NCBI GenBank assembly: GCA_046563655.1
Contig: CM102286.1
Location: 3,162,001 to 3,226,000, forward strand
DNA from: Yuukianura sp. NJ FZ-2021
Taxonomy: Eukaryota
Direction: 5' to 3'
DNA length: 64,000 nucleotides
The notes under the pieces are model-generated. The model was not told the DNA's origin, ran no database searches, and saw nothing but the letters and a program-made list of their open reading frames with translations. The translations under genes and the position numbers were made by a program. Numbering within the stretch: position 1 is the first letter of the stretch; each line of letters starts with the position of its first letter. This document shows positions 1 to 15,101 of the stretch, in pieces.

Positions 1-1013
1 CATCATAGCGGAAAGTTCAAAAAATCTTTTGTTTCATTTAACATTTCAACTGCAATCAAAATTTTGAAAGGGAAATGTGTCTATTGTTACCTTCATGTAT
101 CGATATCCTCATCAATCAAGACTGACAGGGATTAACGATTAACTACGAATCCTCAATCCTTTTACATGCAACATATACACAAAAAGTCGCCGGAATTAAA
201 AAAAAGTGTCATGTCATCTTACGGTCGAATATCTCTTCACTGTTATCATTCATCATTGTAGCGTAGGCGAAATTTTTATTTATAGAACTGCATGATTGGC
301 ACCTTCATGCAGAAGATGAGCTCCCTGCAATTATTGGCACCTTTGACACTTCATCTCTCACTAATTTCTTAGTCTTGGTACAAACCATTCAATTCATTCG
401 TAAATTTGTACACCATGTACCACAATAAATTGTGTAAGTCACCGTATGCAACATCTAAGTGCAGTAAGATTCGAAAGTGAAGGAAGTTGTAACCGAAAGT
501 GGTTTTTAATGTCAACAGACCTTAGGTATTCAGGTAACCAACAGAATAAATTATTCCGTTTGACATTTTATTGACGTTGTTGAACAATTTCATTTGTTGG
601 TGTCCAAAAAGTTACAAGTCCATTGAAAATTTAAATTTGCTTGGGCTAATTTCGCATTGAGTGCATTACTTCCACCTACAAAGTGTTTACAAATAAAATT
701 GACAAGTTTACAATGAAAAAAAGAAAGTGAGAAATTTTAACTGACTGGATCCAAGTACTGACACAAATGAAACTCGTTCGAGTTGAAGAAATTCAACAAC
801 TTTTTTGTTACAAAAGTTAGTTTTTGTTACAACAAAAATTATTGTGTCATTTTTTTAAGAATCTGCGGTAAAAATTTGTTACGTACACAAATTTTGTACA
901 CTGTGTTGTATCAAATGTTGTGTTTGTATTCAAGTCTTCAACAATGTATTCTGTGCGGTTTTCCATGAATTTGTTACGCATGGTTCCTATTATGAGCTTC
1001 CGCTAAGCATGGA

Positions 1014-4000
1014 CATGCGCATTCAGTTAAGAGTAATAAATTTGCTTAGTAAATTTTGGATGTAAAGAAAAATCTATAAGATGAGATTTTCCGAACATGA
1101 AAATTTGAAAATTTGAATCTTTAATTTATTTCTACACACTTCTCAAAAAAGTCTCACACCTTTCTCTCCAGTTAAGGACTTTGTAAAGTGGAATAAGGAA
1201 ACTTTCTGAGCTTATAACTTTTGCGTAGGTGTGAAATTTGAAAATTTCTTTTCATTTTCATTACTACAAGCTCATTTTTCTTCAGTTTCCTCGCTTTGAA
1301 GAGGAAGAAATTAAGGAAGTGAAGTGGATTTTTAAATATTCAACGAGCCCTCGATAATTGCTAAGTTTTTGGTCTTTTGTGAACTCGCTTGTAGCTTTTG
1401 GCTGTTGAAAATGAAGGAACTCCGCCTTAAAATCCCATTAAGACGAGAGAGAGATGCGTTTCCAAACTGGAGATTTACAAAGGAATCTGGTTAATCTTGC
1501 CCTAAAGAAGATGTGTTCAACACGACGTTACTTTTGAAAGCGTCCTTTCAATGGATAATGCACGAGAACGCATTTTTTAAAGATCGGAACTAAAAAGCTT
1601 AAAAACGGAAATTTAAAAAAAATGTTTGAAATTCTAAGGCGGATTGAGATTTAAAACTGTCTGGAACATGAATCGTGACTCGCTGGAGGCATGGAGTCTG
1701 TTTAAAATTGAAAATTTGAAAAAACATGGGTGAAGTTACTAATAATAGTTAAGATTTTTTTTAACCTTTGGCGCCCCTCCTAAGTTTAGCCTCTCACTGA
1801 AGAATTTTTTGAAATTCAACTAAAATTATGCAATCTCACGCTGATCTGGGCCCTTCGGAGCCCTTATATTAGACGCGGGTCAAATTTTATACGGGTCAGA
1901 TTTGTTCTCATCCAGTCGAGATCGTGATTTATGAGATTTAAACTATGGTTGTCCCAACGCTTTTCTTGAAAACTCGTTTTTTAAAACTTTTTTAAACAAA
2001 GTTTCTGAACTGTCTACATTCCAACAAAATCTTAGCTGTTTTTATGATTGATGTGAAAGAAAGAGAAAAAGTTGCGTTACACGCAGTTTGTTACAAAAAT
2101 CAAGCTCCGTTATACATGTAAATCAGATTTACAGAAAAAAAAAGTCTGCCAAAAAAATTTTTAAACACTGTCATTGTTGCAGTGTGACAAAAGCCAAACT
2201 TTGCAGCCCACCCAATACGCGCCAAAGAACATATCCCGTTGGTATGAACTTTCTGCACAAGAATTTATGCGCATGCGTAAGTGAAAATCAAGGAAGCTCC
2301 CGTTACGCAAAATTATGTGCATTTAATTGGTTCTTTAAAAAATTAAGGAAGAAGGAAGCACACATTAGTCGTACCAAGTTGGTAACTTTTTAGTCATGTT
2401 AGAAAACTAATCATATTGCCATCAACCCACCTACCCACCTTAAGGAAACAATAAATCAGGAGAAAAAATGTTAAGTGTAGACGAAAAATGAAGCAACTGA
2501 GCAGCTAACTTGGCTTCTTGATTTCGCAACTAACTTTAAAGTCACGGATTTGCATAGGGCAATAATTTTTTGGTCCTGGCAAACCTACCTAGTGGCAATT
2601 TTTTTTTATATTATAGAGAAATGTAAACAATAATATGAGTTAGTAGTAACTTGTTTTTCAACATTGTTACCAATTTCAGTTTCAAAAGTACAGTGTTGCC
2701 CAAAACAAAAAACAAGGAGGAACAACTTCTCACGGTAGTGGCAGGTCATTATGTCATGTGAAATCAAATATTGCGGTAATTGTACAAGTTGGTCCTTAAT
2801 TTCTAATTTTTAATTCCTACTATTTTACTTGATTAGGTTAGGCTGGTATAATTTGAATGAAATAATATAATTGTACACTGGGTCAAGTTGTACAATCATG
2901 CAAAAAAAAGTTAGTGTTACGCAATTGAACACTAACTTTTTTTTCATGGGTCAACTAACCCCATTTTATATATGCTATGGTACATGCACTATAGTGTATG
3001 TTATGTATAGTATATGATACATTGTATATGTTATATGCAGTTACCATAGTAACGTTGCAAATTTTGCAAGAAATGGAAAGATGTTCCTTGTGTTTCACTC
3101 TCTTACCTTCAATTAATTACACTTTCAACGATCACTTGCCTCCAAATTGGACACGCGCATTCGCAAGTGGGGATTTGGGAAAAATAGCGTGCTTGTGAAA
3201 ATGAATTTGGTCACGCAGGACGCCTGCGCAGGCTGCTGAAGTTTCCTTTGATGTCAATATTTTTTTTTAAATTACGGAAGCTTTTATATACTTGTGTATA
3301 ATTTTTTCGAAAATAACTTCATTTTTAACACAAATAAGAATTGAGTTTCGTTTTCAAAAGGGAATGCAAGCCAGTGGCAAAAAGTCGAGTTTTGGAAACG
3401 GAGAAAAACGAAAAATGAAAAGTCAAAAAGCGGCAAAGTTGAAAAAGGAGTTTTATAACATTGTAATCATGGAGAGATCAAGAACATGAAGCTTAAATCC
3501 AAAATGGCACCGCAGCATCATAAGAATGTTTCTTCCTCACGCATGATTTTTATTTCCCAAAGTCTAAACAAGGCAAATCTTTATGAGTTTTTTGAAGTTT
3601 AAGTATCCGTAATTAGAGGGTCAGAATCATCAACTCACAAAAAAAATGAAATTTTTTGGACAATTTCCAGACGCAGACACACATCCACCTCCACATCATC
3701 AATGAATGTCCGGCTATACTTTGTTCAACTCAAACTTTTTGAAAAGTCAAACGAAAACTGCAAACTTCAAAAACTGAAACACAAAACGACTTTTTGATAA
3801 GAAATTTGACCAAATTTAGTCAAGGAAGGAGTCAAATTTTTAATTTTAATACTACGTGTAATGGGGCAGTTTTGTAGACAAAAGTTAGTTGAGAAGCAAT
3901 TAGAAATTATGGAATTTGAATTTGAGTTATGTTTTTTTTGTGTTATTTTTAGTGTAAAAAATTGTCAGATATTTCTCTTTGGAACTTTGTTGTTGTTTTT

Positions 4001-7000
4001 TTCCAGTGCACGTTTTTTAAAGTTTTTGTTTTTTTGATTTAAAAACCTCCCCGCCTCTTAATTCCATTTTTTTCAAGTCTGTAATTTTGTTGGATGGGGA
4101 TGAATGCTGGAATTTAGAAAATTTTATTGAAGCGGGCTGCTTTCGCTTCTCTCTTCGCTCGTACATACAAATTAGTGTTCATTTTATGATTGATTAAATC
4201 TCATTCACATTCATCATGTTTTATCCAATTCATACTTTGCAATTTACAATCCATAGTAATTAATTGTTGCGAAACATATGAACACGTACGAGTATTCGCA
4301 CCATACAGTCCATATGCAGGCACAATTCAATTGGGTTTTACAAATTGTTTTCGCTTCATAAAAATTCGTCCATGTCAATCATAAATTACGGCCATAACTC
4401 ATTAGAAAAAATGAAAAACATGGAAACACGAATGATTCAAAAATTAAAATTTTCTTACAAAAAAAAAGAACGAATGTTTTTCAATAATTCTGAAATTTCC
4501 CACAGTGTAAAGTTAAGTGTGGTTGATTTTTGTGAATTTGAAAATTGAAATAGGAAAACCTAACAATTTAAACCAAAAACTGAAATTGAAAAATTAATAT
4601 TCATAGTTTCCAAGTTGCAGAGAAAATGTAGTAGCTCGTGCATTCGTGTTCTGGAGAGGTAAAATTTGAAATTTTGAAAAGTAGTAAAAGTTAATTAAGA
4701 AGGAAGAAGATGAATGGAAGGGAACTCCCATGATGATCATGTCTTTTCGAATTATAACCGCCATAAACTTTTTCAAAAAAAAATTCAATTTTTTAAAACC
4801 TGGAGCGCCATTTCGGCTTTTAAGTTTTACGTGGACCACGAAACAGTTTCCATTTAATTACATTCTTCATTAGGTTGTTTCCTTCTCCTTACTTTTGGCG
4901 GCACTACTTAAACATTTTCAAAAAAAATCACAAACATTTTACTGCCATGCCATGTCGCCGTTTTTTCTACACTGATCTTGCGCTGCTGATTTCACACAGT
5001 TCATTCACCTATTTCAAAATTTTACCTTTTTGACTTGACACTTAATCATTTTCTCTTTTCAACAAAGTTATTAGCACAATTTTGACTTTTTACACTAACT
5101 TTACAATTGCGCTAAACTTAAAAATTTCACTTCGTGCTAATTTGCTAATAATTGTGTCAGAGGTGATGATTAGTACTGTTAACCTAACAACCTCACACCT
5201 TATCCCCTAAAGTGAAACTTGAAAATTGCACTTTTCATTACACAAAATGGATCAACTTTGGTTTAAAAAGTTTTATTCTGCTTGACCCTTATGTTAACTT
5301 AACGACATAATCCATTAGCACTTTGTGTTGTATTCTAGAAAGTTGTCAAATTTTCATTCAACGACATTTTTAGACGATTAAATTTTTTGTATAAGAAAGT
5401 GCTAACAATGGGCTTACTTTTTGTGTTCACTCGTTGCTAAATTTGTGAATGGGTCGGTATGTGCACAGTAGCAACATTAGATGGTATTATTATTAGAAAA
5501 ATTTACATAATCCTACTACAGTCTGCTTTTTTTTTGCAATTTCCACACTGCGCATGTTCTTCCCAAAGTTTGCGCATCCTCGTTTTGCGGTTTCCACCGT
5601 GATCAAACCCTCTCAATAGAAAACCACAAAGTAAGTTATATTTTATGTATTATCTGAGAATCAGTAAACTTTGAATTACATGTTCCTGCATACCGGAAAA
5701 CTTCTGATATACTTCAGGGCGTATATTAAAAATCTGAGATTTTAGCATTTTACCAGTGTTCCTAGACGCTTAAAAGTCCATTGACTTAATTGTCAGTTCC
5801 ACTGGAAGAAACGCACCCGAAATGGATGAAACTTTTACAGGATAGAAGAAATTAGGAATTTAGCGCGAAATTCAAACAAAAATCAAATTGGAAATTACAA
5901 GATAATATCAAAAGGAGTTGCTTTTATTTAATATCGAAATAGTGGATATCCAGCAACACTGGATTTTACCCCGGCATTCATAGAGACCAGCGTCTATGAG
6001 AAGTTTTACGGTAAGGATCTGAGAATATATTTGTTGTAACCGTTATCACGGAAGATCCGTAGGAATTAGAGTCTTGAGAATTTAAAAATGGCGGACATGA
6101 CCAACGAGGCGGAAGGACACTTTTAAACACAAATTATTACTGTAGTGAGAACCAGTAAGCAATTCTTAAGTCCCTTGATGTTAATTGCATAAAAGAGGAT
6201 GAGTTTAATTATCACATGGCAAGATCTCATGCGCAGAGGTTCGATGGCACAATGGTCAAGTTATGAGACCTAAGCTTTGGGAAAGATGCCGTTAAAATAG
6301 CGTTTTTAAATACTATAACTTAAGGTTAGGCTAACCATTGGTCTCACATTGCTTCCTTTATCCTTTGAATTTGCATTGAATAGGTTAATTGTATTCTTTA
6401 ACATCTTCACATGTAGAAGATGACAAAAGGAAGAACTGCACAACGGGTCATCCAGGGTCACAACGAAAATAAAGAGTCACAACGGTCATAATTATACGGA
6501 ACAGTGCGCAGAAGCATAAAATATTCTTACTGTTCCCTCTGTGACGGAAACTTGATTCGAAATAAAAGTACCGTATTGTATCGGTTTCAAAATTACAAGA
6601 AAGAGGCGGGAAACGGAAAATTTTATGACCAATGATTTGCAGGTATAATTCGTTATTAAAGATTTGGCATGAATTTGATGACTCACTGTTCAGTTACGAC
6701 ATTGCCAAAAATTTAATACGAAAGTAAATGAACTTTTTGAGCGAAAAACACGAAAAATTTCAAGGTGGTCGATTTATTTTTAAGTTCAATCATTGGTTTA
6801 ACTCGAATTTTCGTAAAACTGAGTTTCTAGCTTTTCAGTTTCAGTTAACTTTCTGTTCTTTCATTTTACTTTTCTTTTATTAATGCGCATATTAATTTGA
6901 AATTGTTATTTTGTACTGGGCATTCCAACATTTTTGTTGTTCAAGCTGAAGGTCAAGACGAATTCATTAGTCAGGTTGATTTTTTTTTAGAAAATTACTT

Positions 7001-10000
7001 TTTAGAAAAGGTGACAACCAAAAAAACCTATGAAGTATAAAGTCATTAAATTTTTTTTTGTCGTAATCAATCTTTTGTTAACTTGCTTCACGTTAGAATT
7101 AAGAGTTTAAGCACACGCCAAAATGAAAATAATTATGTGACTGTCGTTGCAAAATAAATGATTTAGATCAATCTCAATGCCAAATCGTTTATTTTTGTTA
7201 CTGAAATTTCTATAAAACATAAAACACAAAGGAGTCACGCACATGCGCCCTCACCTTACTAAACTTCGACTACACTAAAGTTTACTACACGAGTTTATTC
7301 GTGTTATTTCTTTTTCGAGTGGGAGATTGTGTCAGGAAGGAGAGAAATTAAAGTAAATACAAATCAAAATTGACCCATAACTCCCAGGCATGGAAGCGGC
7401 AATTTCAATTTCGAAAAAATTCTGCTCGTCAGGAACGTTCCCATGCATGGGAGAGGCATTTCCCATACCTTATGTATACCTAATAAAGTCCATTGTGTGC
7501 AAATATATTTTTCCTTGCGGAGATGGACATGCCAAGGGCTCTCTTCTTCCCATGTTCTTATGAAAATTGTTCAATAAGAACAGTGATTAAAACTCTTGAA
7601 GAATATTAAAAAACAAAGGCCTAAATCCCACTTTTTAGGGAGCGTCCACTCTGCAATTAAATCTCTATATTTATATTTTCAAGGAGTGTGTTGTGAAAGA
7701 TTTTCAAAATTTTCAATGGCCTCAAAAAATTTTCAATTTCGCACCTAAGATACTAAAACTTGGGAATTGAAATAATCGAAAGGCTAATCACGTCTAAAAG
7801 GCTTGTTTACAACTTAATATGCCTAACTGAAGGCCTCTTGACACAGATTGGATTTAGAAATTAAGCTCTTGTTAATAATTTGATGAACAAAGAAGTAGGT
7901 GCAGCGTACAAGTAGAAGAAATCGCAAAAAAGAAAACATGCGCAGTCAAAATATTTTCTAGCAATATAACATATGCGTCCATTCTGAAGTAATTAGCTAA
8001 GCAAATTTGAAATTTCCTGAAGGAGTTCCTTAAACAAAGAGCAATTAGCACTTGAATTAAGTGGACTCAGCACTTCATGTACTGCCCATCGAAACCTAAA
8101 ACCAAAAAGACATTGTAGAATTGTGAAATCACTTTTCTCCACTTGTCTTATATTTTCTTAACCTGAATTTCTAATCGTCATGTTCGTAAAACGAACTCTC
8201 TACTATGTTAAACTAAAAGTAACTTTTAGTTTTAATTCTCGTCAGATTCTAATCTGGACTTGTCCTCATTTTCTAGTACATTTTGTAATTACAACGGGCA
8301 AATACAGAACAAACCCCTTCATTATTTAAAGTCAAAAGCAGTTGCGCATGCGCTTAGGTCAAAGTAAATTGGAAGCAAGACTCAAAATTAAAATGCAGAC
8401 CAGGGCTATTGGGCAATAATTCTTTGAGAAAATCAATTTGGCAGGGAAAATAATGCATAGCTTTCTAAAACAATTTGAAAATATAATTTGTGAGAAGCAA
8501 TTCAGTCGAGAGTGATCGATAGTATCGAAAATCATCAAAATTATTTTGGCAATGATGTGCAAAAATGTGGCAAAGATGCTACTTAAGAAACGTTTTTTAA
8601 CGTGTTCCTGCAGCAAAAAAAAAGTAGAAAAAGATAAGATAAAAAATTAGTCAGAGAAACTTTTTTCTTCTCTAAAAAGCGAACACGTAAGAAATCTCAG
8701 CTCGAAATTTTAAACAAAGTCGTCGTTTTTTTAAGTTTTTGTGTGCTTTTTAGTTGTGTTTAATCTCATTCAGTGTTCTGATTTTTGTGCTCGACATTTA
8801 TGATGTGATACAGCTATTAATCTTAACTTGATACATTCACACCTACTCATCACCGTATAATAAAAGTATATTTTCAGAATTGTGTAGTATAGAAACTTTC
8901 TGTATCAAAAGTAATTTGTAAAAATGGCAAAGGGAAGAAACTGTGTATTAATTTTATTTTGAATTCATTGTTCTCTGCCGCCGTCAGAGATTTCTATTTT
9001 GCGTTTCGCACTTTGTGTGCTGACCACGAAAGGATAAACGTAATTGTGGGAAGAGTGAACGTCAGAGATGAATGTGGGTCACTCCTAGAGCCTTTGCTAA
9101 AGCCAATGCCAATGTCCGAGTCCCCACTGCGCAAGCGCAGGTTAGTTTTATGTTAACCGGTGACATGCATGTGCTTTCTAAATACTTTCACTTGAGGCTG
9201 TGCACAAGCCTCCTTGTCTAACCACCGTCCATTTCAAACTAGGCGAAACAAAGGACTTTAATACATTTTCGTTAAGGGTAGTTGCATTTGTATTTTCACG
9301 CCCCAGTTTTACACACTGTCAATTTCGCATGCTACGTACTATAACAGTACATACTAACTAATTTGTTATTGTGAAGCATACAACATGTACAATATTCCAC
9401 AAATACAAATTTTGCCCAATTAACATAACATAAAACTAAAAAATTCTTCAAAGCCTAATCTAACAATTTGCGTTTTAACGCAATTTCCAACACCGTTTTG
9501 GTTTCATTTTCAAAATTTTGAAAATATTGTATTACCTTACTTTGTCAAACCAAAATTCAAGACCTAGGGGAAAAAAATTTGAAACAAAATTTTTCTTTCT
9601 TTTTGTATTTTTTTTTCTCTTTTTGTATAAATGTAAAAAAACAGTCAAACATTGCAGTTTTTCCATTTAGGCAAACCGTTGAGTGTAAAATTGGTGCATT
9701 TTACGCTTCCAACTTTAGAAAAGCACGACGCAGCACTTTGGCAAAAGTTCAAAATTGGTGATGCGTGTAATATTAATATTACAATCATCAAGTTACACTT
9801 TTCGAAGGTAACGTGTAGTATAAGGTCCATCACGACTTTTTTGGGTTCACAGCATGTCAACTTCTTTTTAAAGAATTTTGAGGCGAGATGTCCCTGACCA
9901 GTATAAAAAATGAAGAATGATCATTTTGGATCTTTGTCTTCTCATTTTCTGAGGTTCTTGGAGTGAATGATAATGAAGCTTCAATTGATTATTGTAAACG

Positions 10001-13000
10001 GTCCGTGTTTAGTCTACCAAAATGTTATTTTGCATTTAGCGTCCAAATTTTGTTTTAGAATCGTGACAATGTTTTGAGGCTCTCTGCAGGGAGATTCATA
10101 AATCAAAACAACGCTCTCAGAAAAGTTCTCCCTCTGCTCATCATAGCAGAACGTTTTGCACAAAAATTCCATTGTTACAAGAAACTCAAATTTTGTTTTG
10201 TCCTGACCTTAGAAAGAAACGTCTGGCGTGAGGTAGACCATTGCCCTACGTTTAAGCTTAATGTTCAAGGTTTAGCTTTAATTTGAAAAGTAAATGGACA
10301 ATTTTGAGCGCGTTGGTTCAAAATATTAAAATGTACATACTAATGTTATGATAGACGTCAAGTGTATTGTTGTTTCTTGGGCTTGGCTTGGCCGTCGACG
10401 AACTCTTCGCCATTTTGCCATTTTCTTTCAAAATTTGTAAGCACAAGCTGTACTAAACTTCATCTCTCGCGTCAGTCACCTGCTGTGCTAAAAACACAAG
10501 CGAAACATTAAATCTTTGCAAAAATTAGTTTTCTGCTGCAGGCCAATATTGTTGTAGCCAGTAACTTAAACTTAATTGAACTTCACGCAAATTTCCATGT
10601 TTCATGCAGTGGTAAAACATTGTAAGTGGTATGTTAAGAATGCCACGCAATTGGTTAATCGTTTAACAATTAACAAGGTGTCATGCATTTGACACTTCTC
10701 AAAATTTTATAGCTCCGAGAAGGATTCAGAAGAATTCCAAAACGTTTCTTCTTTATTTTTTGTCAGAAATAACTTAATTGAAAATTTTGCGGGTTTTTGC
10801 AGTTGAAAACCTAGACAAGTTTTTTTTTCTAAAATTTATGGGATGAGTAATTTTGTAGTGTATGACACAATGACCTTTGACCTTCCTTGAAATCTTGGAT
10901 TCTCTTCACATAATGAAACGTAATAAGATCAACACAGGTCAAAGGACCTGTTAGAAGAAAGTTTCAAAAAAAGTTGTTGCAAATTAAGTACAAATTTTCA
11001 CAAAACTTGTTGCAAATTAAGTGCAAATTTCCCGAAGTCAGGCACTTGCCCCGTACGTGCTTCGCCTGTATTTATCGACCCCACCTACAAACCCGGTTAT
11101 TAAAATTTTTACTTTACACTTTACCAATTTACGCTTTGTTAATTACTATTTTTTTGTCGATCAATAATTACTATGTGGAGCAATTAGTTAAGCTTAAATA
11201 CCACAACAATGTTAATCAAGGAAGAGAATTCTGCGCATGAAACGTTGCGCAGAGGTGAGTTTGGAATGAAGGTCAGAAGAGCAAATTCCTTCCTTTTGGA
11301 ATTAAATTTATTTTTTGTAGCTCCGCGGAATTGTGTGGTGAGATCAGGAATGTGATTCGCCGTATTTTTTTTTTTGCAAAGTACCCGTGCACTGTACTAT
11401 ACTTAAAATTACGGTAGTTTCCCATAAAGCTTTTTGGATCTCACCAAAAGCCCAAATAAACCCATTTTGCAAAATAGAATTTTGCGAAACTATTCCTCCT
11501 CGCACATCATCATCATCATCGTTTCCCATAGACTTTAATATAGAAACAGGAGATTTATGAACGGAACCTTTTGAACCAGGAGCATCATGGACGGCTATTC
11601 TTAGACGTAAGATAACATACAAAATGAATATAAGAAGATTCTAGTTTGATTCGTCCATGAGTGAACGCAAACAACAATAGTAGTGTGTAAGTTTCCGTTC
11701 ATGAGTTTCCCATTACGCTGTAATACATATAATATAAGCCTACATATGCATGCAATTTTTTTTCGCGCTTCGCCGCAAGTGGCCATGGCATCAACTTCTG
11801 TGAACATTGGCCAATTTTTTGCAAATTCTTTCCCAAAAAAAAATACACTGTGCGTCATTTTTTCGCAAGGATGCTGTCGGCACTGTTGAAGTTTAATGTC
11901 ACTACTCGATTGTGTTTTGAGTAGAAACACAGTTTATGTACTCGTAGTACAGAGATTCTTTTAAACTGAAGTTGATTCATTATCCAAACCTAAAAGTATA
12001 CTAAACCTTTTCGGCAGAAAAATTCAAACGTTCCCTCTTGTGCCAACGCGAGTGAGTGCATTGTCCTGTCTCCTTCGGAACCAACTGTATTTAATTCCGG
12101 CTCAACTTAATCTTCCACTTAAATGCGGAAAGACTTTTCTTAGTTCCGCTTAGTTCTGTGCGCATGATCCAAACAAAACGCACCAACTGGCAAACTCAAG
12201 TCTACTTTTTTACTTATGGTACAAGGTTCGAATCTTGGAAGTTCAAAACAAGCCTATTCATTTCCTTTGCTTTCTTCTTCAAAATCTACCGCCAATTTCA
12301 TGGTGAGATCGTCATTGCAAAAAAGCGCCAAAGTTTGTTTTGATTTTCATCCAATTTGACCATGTCAAAAAATTTGCTTTCTTTGCGGTTGTTGCTTGTG
12401 TGACCACAAAGTTTTACATCACCAACAGGCGACAAAATGTTCATGCAAAATCAAAATTTTACGTGTAAAAAAACGATAAAAGACGATTTCAAAAAACATT
12501 ACTTTCCTTTTGCAGAATAGGAAAATATGCCAACAAGTGTATTTTCAGATTCAGAATTTTTTGTGAAAATTTTGGGAAAAGTGAGGAAAAATGTTAACTT
12601 TTATTTTTAAACCTAATTAATCTATTTAACAGACTTGCATTTTTAAAAACTTCTTTAAGAAAAGAGCCGCTTCAGGTTTCGCAACTTTTTTTTGGAATAA
12701 AAAAAAATCTAAAATTTAAATAACAAGCTCTGTATTTCAAAACAAATCAAAAAGAAATCAAAACTTTAATTATCGAGTTGCAAATTAGTGGTTTTAATTA
12801 CATGATAGTTAACTGAATCCTTGAATTTTTTTTTGTGCAAAAAGAAATCGCTGCAAATCGTGTTATATAAAGTTTGAAACTTTTTTTTGCAAAGCTGAGA
12901 ATTTTTCGAAATAAATATCTCAGAAAAAAAAATTAAGGAAAGTGTACTTGACTTTTAAAAAAACTGATTTAATTGACCGGTTTTCCTTGTTGGATGATTT

Positions 13001-14279
13001 GATTAATCCAACACTTAAAGTAATCATGTTCTCACAAAGAGTTAATTCTTCTTTATAAATTTGCGCATGCTCAACCTTAGCTGTCATAAATTCCAGTTTG
13101 AGAAGGACTCTGGTCATCTTTAGATTAATAAATTTGAGGCCATTGAAGAAGATAACACCTTGCCTTGAATCAAAATTTTAAAATTCTTTTCCGTTTCCCA
13201 CAATTACTTTTCGTTTTCATTTTTTAACTAGCAATTAAACGATGACATTCGACCTGTCACTCAACAGGATTTATTTCAAGGAAGCCGTCTAATCCTCTTC
13301 CCGTTGTTTGCAAAAATTTATTGCAAAAATATTGGCAAATCCAAAAAAATAATTGGGACATCGCAGGAACTTTGCATGAGGCGAAGGTTGTGGAACCATG
13401 CTGGGAATATTTAAACAGACGCTAAAGTGTCCTACCCAATTTTCCATTGTTGTTGTGTTATGCATAGCATTAGAACACACGAATTGATCAACGTTAACAA
13501 AACTGACTTTTCATTGTTCCTTTTCCTTGCATTCTGTAGTCTCGTCAAGTCTATAAAAATCAATTGTTATACTTTAGACAAGGTCGCCTGCTCTAAAACT
13601 ATTTTCATAATGCCAAAACAGTGGAGGGAGTAACTATATAGAGTGTCTGCATTTTTGCTTTTGTTCACTTTTTTATGTTTTTCCCATAGTCTATTGTTCG
13701 TTATGTACAGAAGAGTGAAGTAATTATTTCAATTAAACATTAGTGGCCCAATTACTAACTAACTGCGTTTATCCTTTCATTTTGTTATAAAAATTTCATT
13801 TTTTTGTTATACGCAAAATGGTTGTCGAAATTTTAAATACAACGGATGCACTTGGTTCACATCGCCCCTCTTTCGCTTGCGTCACGTTCCGGTTTGACAT
13901 GAATTAGAGCGTGGAGGTGTTGCGATGTAATGTGAAGATGATTGACATCACATAAATCACAATTTGAAAAAATTTCAAAAAAATTTCGCAAAAACATGTA
14001 AACTTTGCAAACATTTTCGAAAATGTAGCCCTTGAAATCTGTCAATTTAAGGCCAAATTGAAACTAAAAAAAATGTTAAGCAAATTGTAAATTTTCCCTT
14101 TAAATTAGAGGAATGTCGTTCAAAATAGACTCAAATTTCGTGATCAAAATTCAATGAATTTTTGAAGTCAAAAGACAACCTCCCATTACGTTTGGCCCTC
14201 ATTAATCCCTTGCATGATTTCATTTTCATTTGGAGACTTAAAACTTTCAAGGTAAATTGAAGGTAGAGGGACATGCGCA
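1014..14279. promoter_or_regulatory. Non-coding region with dispersed TGCGCATG (NRF-1/Erect-wing-like) motifs
   Basis: Exact TGCGCATG or CATGCGCA at 1014, 2268, 5549, 6228, 7937, 8343, 11232, 12159, 13062 and 14272. No credible coding exons found. Confidence 0.45.
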
Positions 14280-15101
14280 GGGAAGCGTATTTCCAATTTT
14301 GCACTTAAACATTAAAAAGTTAAACTGTTCCTTGCAAAATCCTGCTTGTATACAAACAGTTAAGCATTATGTTTTTAGACTTTGGACTTTTCGCCAAAAA
14401 GGACTCGGTTGGTTGCCTTTACCCCTGTGTCCCCCGTGTGTCTTGAGACGGAGGAGGACATGGACAGACGAACAGAGACACTCCCTATGCTAAGGCATCT
14501 TCCTTTTGTCTGTCAATTTACTAGACCTTGCTTCCGTCAACATTCTGCTGGGTGTTACACATACGACTTTCACGATTCTTAAGGAAGATTGTTCAAACGG
14601 TTGTCAGAAACTCGAGTTTCAAAAGATGCGAGTCATTATTTGCAATTTTGTAGATTAGAAAACCTATGACAAAGATTTTTCCGACGATTCGAAAAGTTTG
14701 CAAACATAGCTTATTAGGTTATGTGTCCAGCAGAAGCGGAAAGATGCAATAAAACCGAAAATTCAAAAAACTGATTTTGGAAGTTTTTGAGATTTTTGGT
14801 TTTGAAAGTAAGGCGATGGAAACTTTTTTTTGACACCTTTGATTTCTGCGGATGTGCGTATCTGTTGACGAATCTTGCAGCAAACATTGCTAGTATGACT
14901 TGGAAATTTTACATGCTAAAGTTATGTGCTGAAAAAGTGAGTTGTCGTTACTATAGGGTAAAATTGCGTGGTTAGTTTATGGCTTAATTTGGGCAGTATT
15001 GGTTGGGCGGTTGATGCTCTGTTTACAACAGACTAATTTTCCGCTTGTTGTTTGGATAATTGCAGAGTAACTGAAGGGGGCAATTGGCGTTATTAGCTGA
15101 A

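Noticed and set aside
783..14975. Short ORFs in the first 15 kb
   Set aside because: AT-driven composition (F/K/L/N-rich), many non-ATG starts, no recognisable motifs and no consistent exon chain.
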